Assembly: GCA_944387435.1 (NCBI GenBank)
Contig: CALXEW010000004.1
Location: 23,401-87,400, forward strand
Length of the DNA: 64,000 nt
Source of the DNA: an uncultured Clostridia bacterium
GTDB lineage: Bacteria > Bacillota > Clostridia > TANB77 > CAG-508
Direction of reading: 5' to 3'
The translations under genes were made by a program, and so were the position numbers. The notes below the pieces were generated by a model. That model saw only the letters and a program-made list of their open reading frames with translations, was not told the DNA's origin and did no database searches. Positions 63,887 through 64,000 of this stretch are shown in pieces. The stretch's first letter is position 1, and each line of letters begins with the position of its first letter.

Positions 63887-64000
63887 ATGATTGGAATTTT
63901 GTATTTAATAGTTTTTATTTTTACAATAATATTAGAAGTATCAATAGTAAAAAAATCAAAAGGTAAACGTATATTTTGGATAGTAATTTATCTTTTACTT
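63887..64000 (+). CDS. Membrane protein, 5' part (runs off the window)
   Basis: ATG 63887 after AAGGG; hydrophobic open frame to the window end. Confidence 0.55.
   Translation, partial: MIGILYLIVFIFTIILEVSIVKKSKGKRIFWIVIYLLL

Noticed and set aside
1..64000. CRISPR array, tRNA/rRNA genes, IS transposase, reverse transcriptase
   Set aside because: No regularly spaced repeats or recognisable motifs found. The tRNA or RT relevant to the main hypotheses would have to lie outside this window.

Overview
Very AT-rich chromosome segment, with gene content typical of a spore-forming Clostridia-like Firmicute (lineage is an inference). It holds housekeeping genes (priA end, def, fmt, cca, metK, glmM, pgi, pyk, der, plsY, gpsA, dtd, rnpB), a Wzy-dependent capsule/EPS locus, surface and sortase proteins, two pilin-like C-type-lectin-fold paralogs and a blaI/blaR1-type pair. 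Main result: every reading-frame break I found (10 sites in 9 genes, including der and gpsA) has the same signature. An in-frame CGG sits where the protein continues in the +1 frame with a GGN (Gly) codon, i.e. NNN-C-GGN. By manual scan, no host-type gene reads through an in-frame CGG without such a shift. The only two read-through CGGs are in two compositionally atypical orphan genes. This points to a codon-triggered +1 frameshift or quadruplet-like decoding system (CGGN = Gly) rather than pseudogenes, but a systematic assembly artefact must be excluded with raw reads. Secondary candidates: an (AC)11 leader-peptide/terminator switch upstream of a pilin-like gene, DGR-target-like pilins, a shared structured leader RNA on two orphan paralogs, a non-cellulosomal LRR-dockerin/cohesin cluster, a nuclease+HIRAN pair, and a family of GGACGGG hairpin repeats.
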